A stretch of DNA of 64,000 nt from Lingula anatina (GCA_051362555.1 CM120642.1:1922001-1986000), one strand, 5' to 3'; numbered from the stretch's first letter, positions 1-14,200 are shown. Translations and numbers: made by a program. Notes: generated by a model from the sequence alone, not told the origin.

Positions 1-549
1 AGTCAGCTAGAGAGACTATGCTTGAACCCATTCTACTGGTACACTTATGGAGAACAATAAGCAATATTTGCCTGAATCCATCAAGGGTTGAAAGGAAGAT
101 TCATTTTTTTTTATCAAGTGTTTAATGAGCCCAAGAACTCTGTCACTCTTGAGTGGTGCTATGAGTTTACTGCAGTATATCCATTTTAACCAGGCATACT
201 CATTAACACCAATGCAAAATTTGCTAAGAGCTGCTACATATATTGCAGGTGGTGAAATATACAGTATATCCTCCAATAGATGAAAGCAGGTACAAGTGGT
301 GTAGCCCCAGACCTGTTCCAAACAAAATATTTAATGTATTCCCCCACCCTCTCTCACTAGAAGAAAAGACACACACACACACATAGCTACTATATGGCTG
401 TGAACACTGTGACTCACAAAAGCAAAATATGACATCATCCTCAGTTTTAAGTATTTTCTTTGCAACTTAATTTTCTATTCAACATTTAAATTATATTACA
501 CAGCTTATATTATGTGACTGGCCAAAAACGGTAATATTCCATAATTCCA

Positions 550-550
<1 letters not shown>

Positions 551-586
<36 letters not shown>
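551..586. repeat. (TG)n microsatellite
   Basis: Perfect TG run in the RAB30 intron. Confidence 0.95.
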
Positions 587-587
<1 letters not shown>

Positions 588-684
588 TTGCATGTGTGCA
601 TTCACCAGTGTATCATATTATACACCTCTGTTTGCACACACCAATGCAAGTGCACATATTTAACTTCTAATAGTAATTTATTAC

Positions 685-771
685 CTGAGTAAACCGTCTG
701 ACCAAACATGTCTTTCCAACTCCAGCATTGCCAATGAGTACTACCTTAAACAGGTATTTGTAGTCTTCCAT
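685..771 (-). CDS. RAB30: Rab30 small GTPase, first coding exon (gene continues off the left edge)
   Basis: Reverse complement reads [29 protein letters not shown] followed by a GTAA donor. The P-loop GNAGVGKT plus CLVRRFTQ matches the recalled N-terminus of metazoan Rab30. The exon acceptor (tttttcag) is at 812-820. Too short to appear in the ORF track. Confidence 0.9.
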
Positions 772-1489
772 TCCTTAAAGCTATGTGGACACTGGCCAAG
801 ACATTGGGATCCTGAAAAAAAGGAGAGCTAAGTTTGAGTAGATTTTAAAGTTATTTAATTCAATGGTCAACAATGGTTCAAGAGATGCTTGGTACTTGTT
901 ATGTGGATTCCTCTTCGGTCCTGATACAGGGATATAGAAACTGGTCAAGGTTTGATACCGTACCTGAGTATTTTGCAAAAAAATGCATTCTTTATAATTC
1001 TTATCTGCAGGCTGTCATTTCCAAAACTTCTATAACCATTTGAATACTAGTACACTGCAAATGCATGGTATAACTGGTGGAAATAAATTTTACAGGGAGC
1101 AGCTTTAGTACAGGCACATGAATTGGTTCCCTCAATCTGAATGTTTTAATCTATATTATACTCCCTCTATGCTTTAGTGAAAGCTTACTTGTAAATCACA
1201 GCAGTTTTATCGGCGTTCTCCACAAGACTTTGTGCCGCTATGCTTTCATGGTGCTTTACCAATCTTTTCTTGAATTTTGACTGTTTGTTGGTAACAACTT
1301 TCTTATATCCTTCAAGAAAGGGTTGACATATGAGTCAGCTCCGTGTATGATCCATGCAGTTGTAAAATCCACGGTGGCAGGACGCTGGTCAATATAAGTA
1401 TAAAGGTAGGATGTCCGGCTGCAAGTTTATTTTCGGAGTGTCAACACACTGTTCACAACAAATCTGACCTCAGCACTGCGAGCTAAAAA

Positions 1490-1954
1490 TAGAACATGAC
1501 GTCACGCATTGACAGACCAGCTTGGGCGTTTTCAAAATGCAACTCGATGTGGTTAGACGTCTTCAGGCGATATGTTTCTTGAGTCAAAGTCTGAAAATGT
1601 AGATCTAAATGAATGACGACAGAAAATGTTTCTATCATTATTTAGTAAACCTCAATTTTTTTTTCAAAACACTATTTGTTTTCTTTGCATTCATTGGTCA
1701 ATCCCAAGTGAGGTCGAATTAATCTTTGTAAAGTCTGTCTACATTCGAACCAATGGCAAGTGAGGAAACAGACAGCTTTGGGGAAACATTTTAACCTCGA
1801 TTTAACATTACTTCGAGGAGGACGCCATTTTTGTGCCAAAGATATTTTAGTTACAACCTTTTGTTAGTTTACCACTATGTGGATGTAAATATAACTTTGT
1901 TTAATTGCCATACAGGCACACAAAAGTCCAAAGAACGGGAAGACAGATTAAAAG
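1490..1954. promoter_or_regulatory. Putative bidirectional promoter region RAB30/PCF11
   Basis: Divergent genes whose start codons are about 1.2 kb apart. YY1-like AAAATGGCG on minus at ~1823-1831, AAGATGGCG at the PCF11 ATG, CRE palindrome TGACGTCA at 1497-1504. TSS positions are not determinable. Confidence 0.5.
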
Positions 1955-4900
1955 ATGGCGACAGAGGCAGTAGAAGAGTACAGATCGTCACTGGCTGACC
2001 TAAATTGCAACAGCAAGCCGCTAATCAACATGCTGACGATGCTGGCAGAAGATCACAAGCAGTATGCACCACAGATCGTCCAAGTTATCGAAGCCCACTT
2101 ACAAAAGGTTTAAGAAAGTTTTAATGATTTAAATTCTTGAAAGTATGGTAGTGTGTTAATGAAAATACGAAACATAAGGACAGTTGAAATACAGGTCACG
2201 TGGTTCAGTAATATCCATCGTGTGACCTTGAAATGGAGAAATGTTTTTGTTGAAGTATAGTCGTCACGTTTGACTTATATGTCGGTTTATTTTGTAGGAA
2301 AGCCAACATTTGACTATTATAATTTAAATATTTTGTGTTATGACATTGAAACAAAGGATGGATGCATTCCTCTGTTCAACTTGCACTTTGGTTTTTAGAC
2401 TTTCCAATAGACCATATGGTTCAAATTCGTAAAAACAAAGCTAGATATGAAGTTGATATTAAATAGGGAATTAGTAAGTGCTCTTTCAATTGTTTCAAGT
2501 ATTGGCAGTCCTACAAGGCTAAAGGTGTTGGTATATTTCACATAACATTAATGAACATCTGCTTATACTTCATCAAATGCAAACTTAGATAAGTATTGAA
2601 TTATTTCCCAGTCTGTTGTAATGTATTATGTTGTTTTAAGACAATGAATACATTACTCTCATTACATTTGTTTGATAGGTATTACTTCTCCATCAAATAA
2701 AAAATTCTGATGTCAGACAGCAGAATAAAAGAAATAAAAGATTTCCATGTTGTTTGCAATTTTTTTTACACCAATGTGTTGCATGCTTTTTTCGGTAGTC
2801 ACAATATACATTTTCGTAAATGAAAATCATTCTCTGCATTTCTGCAGACATATTGCGCGGTGGTTGTTCATAGATTTTTCAAGAGGACATCACTAAATGG
2901 TGTGCATATGATCCTAGATCAAGGGGGGGGGGGGGAATTTGTTTTAACATGCTAACATGTAAGATAATCGGACCCTAAGATAATTAGTGAAATCCAATTC
3001 AGAACTGCCTGTTTGGATCTGTATCAGTGGCAGTTATGAAAAGAAAATGAAACATTGTTAATTTTTGAACTCCACGAGCTATCAGTTTCAAGGCAAACTG
3101 ACCAGTGTTTCCCAGTTTGATTCAATAAGTATTTCAACCGCGAATTAATCATGAAGTAACCCCATTTTTTTATCTCTACATCGACACCCTTCCTTTCTGC
3201 CACTCCCAAGCTGAAAGCAGTTGCAGATAACTGACTGAAAAAGAGGAGCTACTGCAACACTACAGTAGAACTTGTGGTCCTGAAACTGTTGTATCCTGAA
3301 GAAACCATGAAGACTTCTTCCTATGGAAATCAGGACAAAGTTTTCTGAAGCAACTGACATTCGACATTTTTTTGCCGCATATTCTGCACGGTTACTATAT
3401 GTAATGACCTAAATGTAAGAGTGCATTCTCAGAGATTTAGATCGATCCATCCGGATCGACCTAACTCCCTGGGGGTTCACACTAAATTGCAGTCAGCCGA
3501 GCGCGCACAGTAGTTAATTACCCCCTTACAGCTTTTAGTAGGTGGGACAGACGCTTAAGCCGGCTAAGCTGACAGTAATCTAGTTAGACTCCCCACAGGG
3601 ATAGATCGATATAAAATCTGTGGGAATGGGGTCTAAGAGTACACAAGCCTTCTCGAAAATTTTATTTGTGATTCTGTATAAGATATCTACAGAATTTATC
3701 ACTGTGATTAAATGATAATAAGGTTGGTCTTGTCACAAAATTAAATGCATGGTGTGGGATGGGTGGTGGTAAAACTATGTTGTATTAAATGAGGAGGAAA
3801 AAAGAGGTCGGAGTTTCTATCACCACTCACTCATGTTCTGATGTTTCCGTATCAGAATCAAGCAGCAGTGCATAGCTGTGCCTTCAACAAAATGGTAATA
3901 AAAGCTTAATGTTGAAAGCATCTTCTCCGCTGATGTATCACACGCGATTGGATCTGGAATATGAAGCAGAAGAAATGTGGGGAAAATCACTTGGTATTTG
4001 TATTTTATCTTCGCCGAGCACTAAAAATTGTTGTCTCATGTAGTTAATATATAATCGGGTAGATTTTAAATAGCAATCACAGAAAACTGCTTGAGCTGCC
4101 CGTAAAAAAGATTGTTTCAGTCTAACACACCAACAATGATGTCCCATTTCTATGATAAAAGTCGAGTGACATGTCATGCTCCACTTCATTATGTCAATAT
4201 AACATGGAGGAGGGAGAGAAACAATATTAATACCCTGAACTGTGTGAAAGTGGCACTTAACACAAGTCTATCTCAACTGGATGTCGCATTTACCTCGCAT
4301 ACTGCTACAAGAGAAATGTAATAAGTGGATTCATTTATATTTTTAATAGAATTGTAATTCAATGCAACTGTGCTCCTCGACATCTGATATCTGTAAACTG
4401 ATATATAACTGTGGAGACTAGCATAGTTGTATGCCGTGTTAATATCTTGAAAATTTGGTGATAATTTACTCACATGCAAAGCAATAACAAAATATAAAAT
4501 GGAGCAGTAAGTTGAACATGAAATTATCTATATTTAAGGGACAAATTGATAAACCCTTTTCAGAGAAAAATTCTGCTCTGAAAAATAAATGAAATGGAAC
4601 AGAGTCAAAGAATTTCAATATTATAACTACAACCCGGAATGTGTTAAATTTATGATGCTATATACATCTTGTAAAGATTTGAGGGTGACATTGCTTTTTG
4701 CATTTGAAAAATATGAAGTTCTCATTAAATGATGTTGGGGCTTTTTATTATTTTTTTAAGTATTCGAAAAGATTTCACATGAAAATTTTTTTTCTGTGGT
4801 GCTATTTTTACAGGGATATTGAACAATGTTTTTTTTCTAAGCCCCTAACACTGAATGTAGGAGCTTATGGAAATAATCTTCGTCTGTTTGAATGTCACCA

Positions 4901-7900
4901 GCTTGATATTATGTTGGGGAGTTAATTTATGAGCACTGGCTCAAGACACCCTGAGGTTGTCCTTTTTTTGCATGGGTCCTCTTTAACTTCTGTCATGAAT
5001 ATCCCTTGTTAATGAAAATATATGCAAAAGAAAAAAAAAAAAAGGGAGGAGGGGTATCATTGATGGCTTCATTTGCCATATGAAATTAATCTTTGCAGAA
5101 GTTGTAAGTTCATGTAAATTCAAACACAACATGGCTTTTTCTGAGACATACACTGCATTCCCACAGATTGAGATCGATACACTTGGATCGACCACACTCC
5201 CAGGGGGTTCATTCTAAATTGCTGTGAGACTCCCAACGGGGATAGATCGATCTTAAATCTGTGGGAATGCAATCTTATTTTCACTTTACCAATGCAAACT
5301 GTATTCAAAGTTTTAAGAAGAGTTCATTTGTTTATGAACAACTGATGGCACTTGTACAGAGGATAAAGTATTTATTTTCTTGATTTTGTTTATTATTTAA
5401 AATATTCAAATAATAATTCACATGATTCAACATAACCTATTTGTAAAGCAGAGCCCTACTAGGTAACTGGAGAGAGGTGTTAACTGGAACCACAAAATCT
5501 GATGCTTAAAATCTTTTCTAAAGAGCATGTTTAATCCCCCCCCCCCCCCCCAAAAAAAAAAAAAAAAAAAAAGAACTTGACAACTAGTGGATACTTTTAG
5601 AACTAATAAGCGTCACATAACAGCCCATTCAGAGCAGATGATCTGCAGACTAGCTGATCTGCTGACAAGATGGTTGACCTAATTAGAAGCAATACTGACA
5701 AATTCCCTGATGGTCTCCCCACCACACATGCCGCGCTACAGGAGCCTAGCAGTTATCCCTCCGAGCCCAGATGTAATCTGTTTAATGGTGCGTGTGGAGG
5801 TGGTGAGACCATCAGGGAATTAAGCAGCTTCCTTTTAAGGGGGATACATAGAATTGTGCATATAGGCTGTGTTTTGACAGAATATGAGAGACAACAGCCA
5901 AAAAAAAAAAAAAAAATCCTTCGATTAATTTGGTCACCTTGTATCTTTTACTGTACAACGCGCTATTTTGGCATTATTTTTACCTCACTCTCCTCTTCAA
6001 GGAGCAAGTTTTCGGGGTGAAGTCCTTGTGTGAAACTGGCTCCTGGTTGAAATTGTGAACCATGAGTGTAGTGTAGTCCTGGATTTGTTATTGAATTTCC
6101 ACGTTCACTGTACAATGCATTACCAAAAGGTTTTGAAAAATGATAATGGAACCCAAAGCACTTTATCTATTTGATTGTAATGTGTAATCCAAATTATGTG
6201 AAAATGATGGAATTAGCTGAAGAAACCTTGAAGAGGCAATAACTTACTCTGTAACTAATGAGAACTAAGCACCGTCGTACAAAAGAGCCACATTTTTGAG
6301 ATTTTATAGTTTTACAAACTTAATGAATCAGTTTTACAAATATAAAGTGAATTTGAGATGTCTTGATTATCAAAATAAAGAAAAAATGAAATGGTCACAG
6401 TTCACTGTTTGGAAAAAATGTCTATGAAAATATGCAAACTTGCATTCCACAAAATTCAATCAGTTGTGTAACAAAATCTCGTGGTCCTTTAAATAACTCC
6501 TTATATTTTATAGTTTTTTATCAAATGATTGAATCTCATCTCACAGGCTATGTGTTAGAATTTCCCCTCCTTAGTTTGAATGTGTTTTCATGATTTTCTG
6601 ATGAAACCTTGTTTTGAAGAAAGGACCTGATAAAGGAAGCTGGTTTCAGTTTACTCCAATCATGGAATGAAAGCTACCTTAAATTGTGTTACACAACAAC
6701 CGTTGCAATGGATAGTTTGTTTACTTCCAGGCACCACCTGCGTTGAAACTTCCAACATTCTATTTGATGGACTCGATTATCAAGAACATAACTGAGCCTT
6801 ATTTATCCCTTTTCACTCAGAACATAGTATCAACTTTCTGTGGTGTATTTGAAAAGGTCAGCATCTAATTTATTATTTTTCATCCAGGTGTAACATACAA
6901 TGTGATTCTGTACTCTGCACATATTTCTAAGTAACTTGGTTGCGCAAGTTAGGTTAGATTGAAAAAGATACTCCACAGCCATTTTATATTGGAAAATTCT
7001 TGCTTGTAATACTTCGGTGTCTTTTTGTTCCAGACGAAAATATTCATTCTTCCTTAAACTCAGCCCAGTTAAGTAAAAGTATGACTACAACTGAATGGTG
7101 TCATTTTGATTAACAATGAAACAGTTAACATAGTAACCCAATAAATTTTTTAAAGCTAGATTTTTTTTTGTAAAATAATGTGGTTGGCTTTTGATTTAAG
7201 TTGTATTACAGTCTAAAATAAAGTTTGTAACTCAACACTTAAATAATTTTGATTTTGAAGATTAACATTTCTCCTTTTACAAACTCAGAAAACAGATGTG
7301 TTGCATGTTAATTACCTACTTTTCTAGTTGGTTATGACAGAAATATTAGTCATACATAAATTATACATAATAAAAGGATTTATGAAAGTGAAGGGTTATG
7401 TGCAACAGAACATCTAGGAATGAAGCCTGGAACAATTTTCAGTGGAGGGGGAAAAAGAGGACCAAGTTACTTAGGGACATGGAGCAAGTTTTACGACTTC
7501 TGTTTGAAATAGCTTTGTTGTTTCGATAAATTTATTATGATGCAATAGACCATAAGATATAGTTCTTGATTTATAGAATACATAGCATTCTATCATTCTT
7601 GTCTGAACACTGATTTACTTCCATTTACCCGTAAAGCTCATAATAAATGAGATTTAAAGAAAAGGAAAATTGAGAAGTGTATTGCCATTTGTTCTTTCAC
7701 TTAAATTGCTGTACATTGTTATATTTTACTACAAAAAATTGCAAATTAAAATATGTAGGTGGATGAGAAAACCCGACAAGCCATGTTCAAGCTGAGACAG
7801 ACCTGGGCTGAACTGATGCCAAATAAGAAATTATATGCACTGGATTTACGAGTTAGCCAAACATTAGACCCAGCCTGGCCAATCACAGCAAAGGAACCTG

Positions 7901-8234
7901 TGGATCAACCACCAAGCATACATATTAACCCCAAGTTTTTAAAGGTAGCTAATCTTGTAAAGAAATGAATAATATATGGATACTGAAGTTAGTATGTTTA
8001 ACTTTTGTTGAAATATTTTTCTCTTGTTAGTTTATAAATAAACTTAATTAATCACTTGCATATTGATTTTCCTTGGTTGGAGGGGGGAGTAGGACTGTTA
8101 TACCATAATATTTGGAGCAAAACGTGAAGAAAAGTGGCTTTTGTCTTTTTTTGCTTTGCTATTATTACTTTTTTTTTTGTGATGGAGAAGGGGGTAACTT
8201 TGAAATTAAGGGAGGGGCACTAACCTGCTGCCCC

Positions 8235-8265
<31 letters not shown>

Positions 8266-11200
8266 ACACACAGACACATCTTTGGTGATTCATTAGATAT
8301 TAAATTAGTGTTTCAGTCAGTTTTTCCATTATTTTTATTCAAAAATATGTTGAATCATACTTTAAAATAATGACTTGTGTCTTCATGTGGAACTGCCCCC
8401 TTCAAGTGTGCTGCTATTTTTTTTCTTCTCCACTAACTCTTCAAATATTTTTGTGGAATTGAATCAAAAGGGACAGGGCTGAAAAGGAGGGGGGGATAAC
8501 AAAGGAATGTATTTCATTCAAAAATTTTCCTTGTTTCATGCCAAAATAACATGGAATGTGTGTAAGATATCTTAATGTCTTTTATAACCTTTATACCACT
8601 TGTGTTCATCACATGTACCCAGTTTTAATCATGATGTCACTTGCCCAAACAGGACCAAAGCCAGCCAGCAGTGGAGCCGCCAGTACAGTCAGCAGTGCCA
8701 GTGGTGGACTACGAGGACATCTTTCGCCGGGAACAAGAGGAGCTGATGCGACAGCAGCTTTTTGAGAAGCAACAGGAGTTGTTACGGCTGCACCAGCAGC
8801 GCCTGGAACTGGAGCTAGCGGAAACTAAAGCCAGGCTGGAACAACAGGCCAAGGAACTGCAAGTGAAGGAAATGTTGCTCAATCAACAGCAGAGTCAGGT
8901 ATGCAGCAGGCAAAAGTTTGTTATGCCACAGATGCAAGTTAGGTTGGCAATAAGAAAAGAAAATACTCGAGCCAATGAAATTAATTTCAATTTTCTGTTG
9001 ACTTTAATTTCTATTCAAGGGTGACCTATAAAACATTTATAGCACTGTGACTTGATTCTTCTCTCTTTAGCCAGCATTAAATTTTCTACATGATAATTAC
9101 TGTTTATATTACAAGGAACAACATTTTTAAAAATGTGCTGAGCTCAGGTGAAATGACAGCACATTCTTACATGGTTTATTTTCAATTTATTTTTTTTTTT
9201 TGTCAATTTCAGACACCCAGGACTACATGAAGATTTTCTGTAAATTGTTACTATTAAACAAATATTTGACAAATAATTAAAACATTTCAGGTTTCAACCT
9301 CCTCCAGTGTAAGTTCAGCCCAAGTCCACTCTACCACTCCAGCTGTCAGCACTGCTCCTACAGCCTCACGTGATCCAAGAGCAAGAGATCCTCGGGTGTC
9401 CAGAGACCCAAGAGTAGCCAGGCAAGCTAAACAACAACAACAACCACAGCAGACACAGGAACATAAACAACATGCGCCTCCTGCTAAAACAGCACAAACA
9501 TCATCCCCTGTTCAAACACGTACAGACCAAGAAGGAACCACTAAGAATACTCCTGAAAAATCAGCTGCAAGCAAGGTAGTGACAGATAAGAAGCCTGCAT
9601 CAAAGACATCACCAGGTGCCAAGGTAACTCCAGATAAAGCTAAAGCTACAAAGTCTGAGGCAGAAACCAAGCGGAAGGAGAGTCCCAAGGTTGGCAAGGT
9701 TTTAGGAAAGGAGACAGCTGAGAAATCAAAACAGGGAAATGCCAAAAGCAAAACAGAAAAGCCTAAAGCAGATTCTAACAAGAAAGAGGTTGATAAAAAC
9801 AAAAGAGACACTGACAAAAGGAGCAGTAAGGAAAGTGAAAACTCAGAATCTACTTCAGCTGGATCAAGGCGCACAAGCTCCGAGTCTTCTCGGGGCGGGA
9901 GGGGGTCTAGAAACTACAGAGGAAGGGACAGAGCAGACAGCCCTGAGTCAAGAACATCAAGGTCAGCACGTAGAACAAATAGGGCAGAGGTCAGATCCAG
10001 GTCAAGGTCACCCAGAGGTTCAAGGTCACCTAGAGCTTCCAGTCCAAGTAAATCCCAAAATAGACGACCAAGTCGCTCTTCTGTTGATGAAAAGAACAAG
10101 TCAGGTGACAGGAAAAGAGAAAGCAAGGAGAAAGAAGTTGACAAAGAAGCTGAAAGACCCAGTAGCAGTGAAAAAGATGATAAAACTAATAAGAGGGCTC
10201 CCAAGCGTGGTTCGAAAGAAAAGGAGGGAATACCTGAGACAGAAGCTCCACCAAACAAGAAGGGCCGCAAAGATCAAGATGTTTCCGCCCAAGATAATGA
10301 TAACAAGGGCAAGCTGTCTGATGATTTAAGGTTAATATTCTAAGGATGAAATGTGGAATTGTTTGATATTTACTTTTTTTCTAATATTGTGTTTTTCTTT
10401 TCCGTGTTTACTTGTATGGTATTAATTTTATTATAATGTATGAAGCTTACTAAATTAGATTTTATTTAGTTAGCATGAATAATAACTCGTATGAATTTCA
10501 TTTGTGGAGTTGAACTTGCTTATTATCTTAAACATAATTTTTGATTTATAAAAATACTTAAAAGTAATTGAAACAAAATTATGAAAAAATAATTTTTTTC
10601 TCTGTTATCAGTGAACTGTTTGGAAAAGAAGATGTAGACTACAGAAGACTGCCACCATTAGCTGTTGACAAACCAAATACAAGTCAACATGGAGCAGCCC
10701 CACCACCCAGTCCAGGGCATGCTGGCTGGGCCAGATTTAAAGCTGACCGCCCAGAGTTTACCAGTCCACTAGCCCCACATCCATTCAACAGACAGCATTC
10801 AGATGAAGGGACAGACCCTCGTGGTACACGGGGTGTCCGAGGTCGACCAGGACTCAGGGGGAGGAGACCCTCTGGGCCCTTACTTCCCAGTCCACCCATT
10901 CGTCCCCATGGACCTCACAGACAGCAGACCCAGATTTCTCCAGAGACGCGGCGTCTCAGCACTGATCCCAACCTTAGCATCCCACGAGAACTGGAGATGA
11001 ACCAGATGCAGGATATATTAAAGCAGGCCGAGAGGCAGTTACAGACGGGAGAACTTTCACATTCACAGCACCAGGAGCTCCTGAAGCAGCTGAATGAACT
11101 GATGAAGTTGCAGTCACTAAGAGTTAAACTCAGGGAAGAAAAGGAGAAACTTGGAGAGGAGTCTGAGGCCGTGATCACTGGAGGTTCCCCACCCTCTGCA

Positions 11201-14200
11201 ACCCATCACGGTCCCCGCCCTGAAGATGCCAAAGAATTCAGTGGGAGGGAAGGCAGAGGGCCCCCACACCCAAGAGGTGGTCTCCTTGAAAGACCTCGTC
11301 CAGAAGACCCTCGAGAAAGAGGGCCACCCAGACACAATGAGGCAAGACCATTTCATCCCCAGAGAGAGCCATTACTTGATACACCAGGGCATGACTGGCA
11401 TGAAGAAGCACCAGGCCCCAAAAGGCCACACAGAGGTGTACCTGGAGAACATTTTTCCCGAACCCCTGAAGAGGGCAGGTCTCCTTTGTATGTTGATGCT
11501 GATGACGGACCAAATATGCGTGGAGGCCCAAACCGCCACGGTGGCCCTAGAAGACCTGGTCACATTGAACAGGAGGGCTGGGAGCCAGAGATGATGGATG
11601 GCCCTAGAGGGCCAAGAAGACCTGGACCCATGCATGGTCCAAGGGGGCCAGGCCCCAGGGGACCTGGCCCTATGTATGGCCCCAGGGGCCGTGGCCCTGT
11701 TGATGGTCCAAGAGGACCAGGACCCAGACCTGGCCCAAGACCACTATTGGAAGGTATGAGAGGCCCTGAGTTCATGAATGGCCCTAGAGGAAGAGGTCCT
11801 CCACCAGGTGGTCTGCCCAGGATACCTAGACTGATGGAGAAACCTATGCATGATGAGTATCCACCTTTTCCTTTTGAAGGAGAGGAGTTTACAGGGCCTG
11901 AGCCTGATTTTTATGGCCCTGGTGACTTTGGACCTCCAAAAAGACCAATGCCACCACCTAGGGGAGGACCCATGAAGTCTGGCTCCATGTCTGAAGTAGT
12001 CATTGATGACAGACCCTTTGAACTACGTGTCGGTGTACCACGAAAAATTGGTATTGATGGTAAACCATGTGAGGTAATAGCCGACCCCAACTCTAGGGAG
12101 ATTTTTATTGATGGACGCTGCTATTACAGGATTGGTGACCCAGTGAGAGAAGTTATCATTCATGGAAAGACTCACAAAGTATTTTTCCATGGACCTCAGA
12201 AAACTATCTGGATTGGAGCAATGCCCTATGAAATCCGCATAGATGCTCCCCCTCAGAGACTTTTGATTGACCAGACTGTGTATGAATTCAAGGTGAACGG
12301 TCCCACAAAAGAAATGTTCTTGGATGGCATTATGATTGGTAAATTTGGCCAGGAGAATCTGGAAATGGATCTAGACGGCCAGAAGTTTGAAATTAATTTC
12401 AAACCTCCACCTCGTGAGATTCTTATTGATGGCAAACTGTGCCAGCTGATGCTGGACACAACTGAACCAGTGGTCGCCCACGAGGGCAAATATTATGGAA
12501 TCTGCTTCGACGGGCCTCCACGTGAGATCATTATCGATGACCAGCCTTGGTTGGTTCCTATGGATCATCCTAGAAAAGTGAGAATTGGCAAACGTCCACA
12601 CATGGTGGCCTTTGGAGGACCAGGCTTTGAAGTGCTCATTGATGGAAAAATGTATGAAGTTCACTTCAACGGCATACCTCGAGAGGTTGTGATAGCAGGG
12701 AGAACCCATACCTTGCAGCTGTTGGGAGCCCCACCAGAAGTGAAGATTCTAGGTGAAGTACCCTGGCAGCGGCTTGGTCTGCCTCCGGAGTCCAGGCCCC
12801 CTGTGAAACCAGGTGGTGAGAGTATAAAGGCAGATGTGAAAGAGAAAGAAAAGGTTATTAAAGATGGCCAAGCAGATGTGGCTCCTGGGAGTGAAGATGG
12901 AACAGGACCAAATCCTCCAGAGAAAGGCAAGCTGGCCACCCCAGAGGACACAGACCCAGGCTGGGGTCCTGTCTTCCAGACCCAGGTCAACAAACCCCAT
13001 CAGCAGGGTCCACCACAAAACAGGGACCAGTTTCCTGGGGGTGGCTTCCGTGGGGGCAGAGGTGGTGGTGGTGGTGGTTTCCATCCTGGTGCAGGTCGAG
13101 GGCACCCTGATAATCGTCCCAACATGCCTGGGGCTGGTAGAGGACAGCGCAGAGACAGATATGAGGAGTACCGCAGTAGGGGTCCCCAGGATGGTCCACA
13201 GTTCAATAAACCAGGCATGGGTCCTCAGGGTGTGAGGCCTATGGGACAGCAGCAGCAGGGAAATCAGCAGCCTGGTGGCATGATGAACCTGCAGGCTGTC
13301 ATGGGCATGCAGGGCATGATGATGCCAGGAGCCATGATGGGCATGCAGGGGATGATGCCAGGACAGGGCATGATGCCATTCCAGGCCATGATGGGACAGC
13401 CTTTCATGTCACAGATGGGTGAGTTTGGCTTGAATTTGGCCATTATAGTATTTGCTTGGCCGGTGTATAATTGCCATGTGATCAAAGTTAGATTAAGCAA
13501 GATGCCTTACATAACATTGTGATTGTAAGACTACTGAATCAGAGCTGCAGGGAAGATATCAATGAAAAAAATTGTTAAATTGCTTTTGTATAGTTTATTT
13601 TAGATGTTCTGTTTGGGCACGGAATTTTTGTCCTCAGAAGTGGAGTTTGGGAGTTCCAACTTAGTGCAGATTGTCTTTGATATTTCCATATTTTCATTCT
13701 AGGTGTACCATTTATGCAACAGCAACCACAGCCCCAGCCCCAGATCCACAGTCAGATAGATGTCAATGACCTGTTCAGCAAACTGCTCTCTGCTGGCATT
13801 ATCAAGTCTGATAAGAAGGAACAGACACAGGAAGAAAAGGTACTAGAATAAATATTTACTGTGGCCATTATTTCATGGCCTTGGAGAATGTGCCTGTTAA
13901 AAATTTTCAAATTTGACAATACCACTTGCAAGATAGCTTGATGTGAATGGGAAGTGAAATATAGGTATTTCAATATTGATTTTAGCATTTTATGTTCATA
14001 ACTGAGTTATATGGTTACTTTTCTGATATCTTGTAGAAAGAAGAGGAGGCTGAAGGCATTAATGAGAAGCTGGAAGATGTCCCAGACCTCACAGCATTCA
14101 AGACAGAGGACATGAAAGAGTAAGGATCCCTTTCATTGCTCTGAATTTAACACTTGCAAATGAATTTGAAAAACAATTAGTAAAACAATGCATTATTCTG

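Noticed and set aside
5620-6020. 116-aa ORF in PCF11 intron 1
   Set aside because: Runs through a poly-A tract and a degenerate inverted-repeat element; no recognisable domain.
11600-11830. GPRGP repeats suggesting a collagen-like gene
   Set aside because: Not a continuous Gly-X-Y register, and in frame within the PCF11 disordered region.
9512-13500. Many antisense and alternative-frame ORFs over PCF11 exons 5-6 (and 16354-16851)
   Set aside because: Shadows of GC-rich, low-complexity coding exons; no independent motifs or splice structure.
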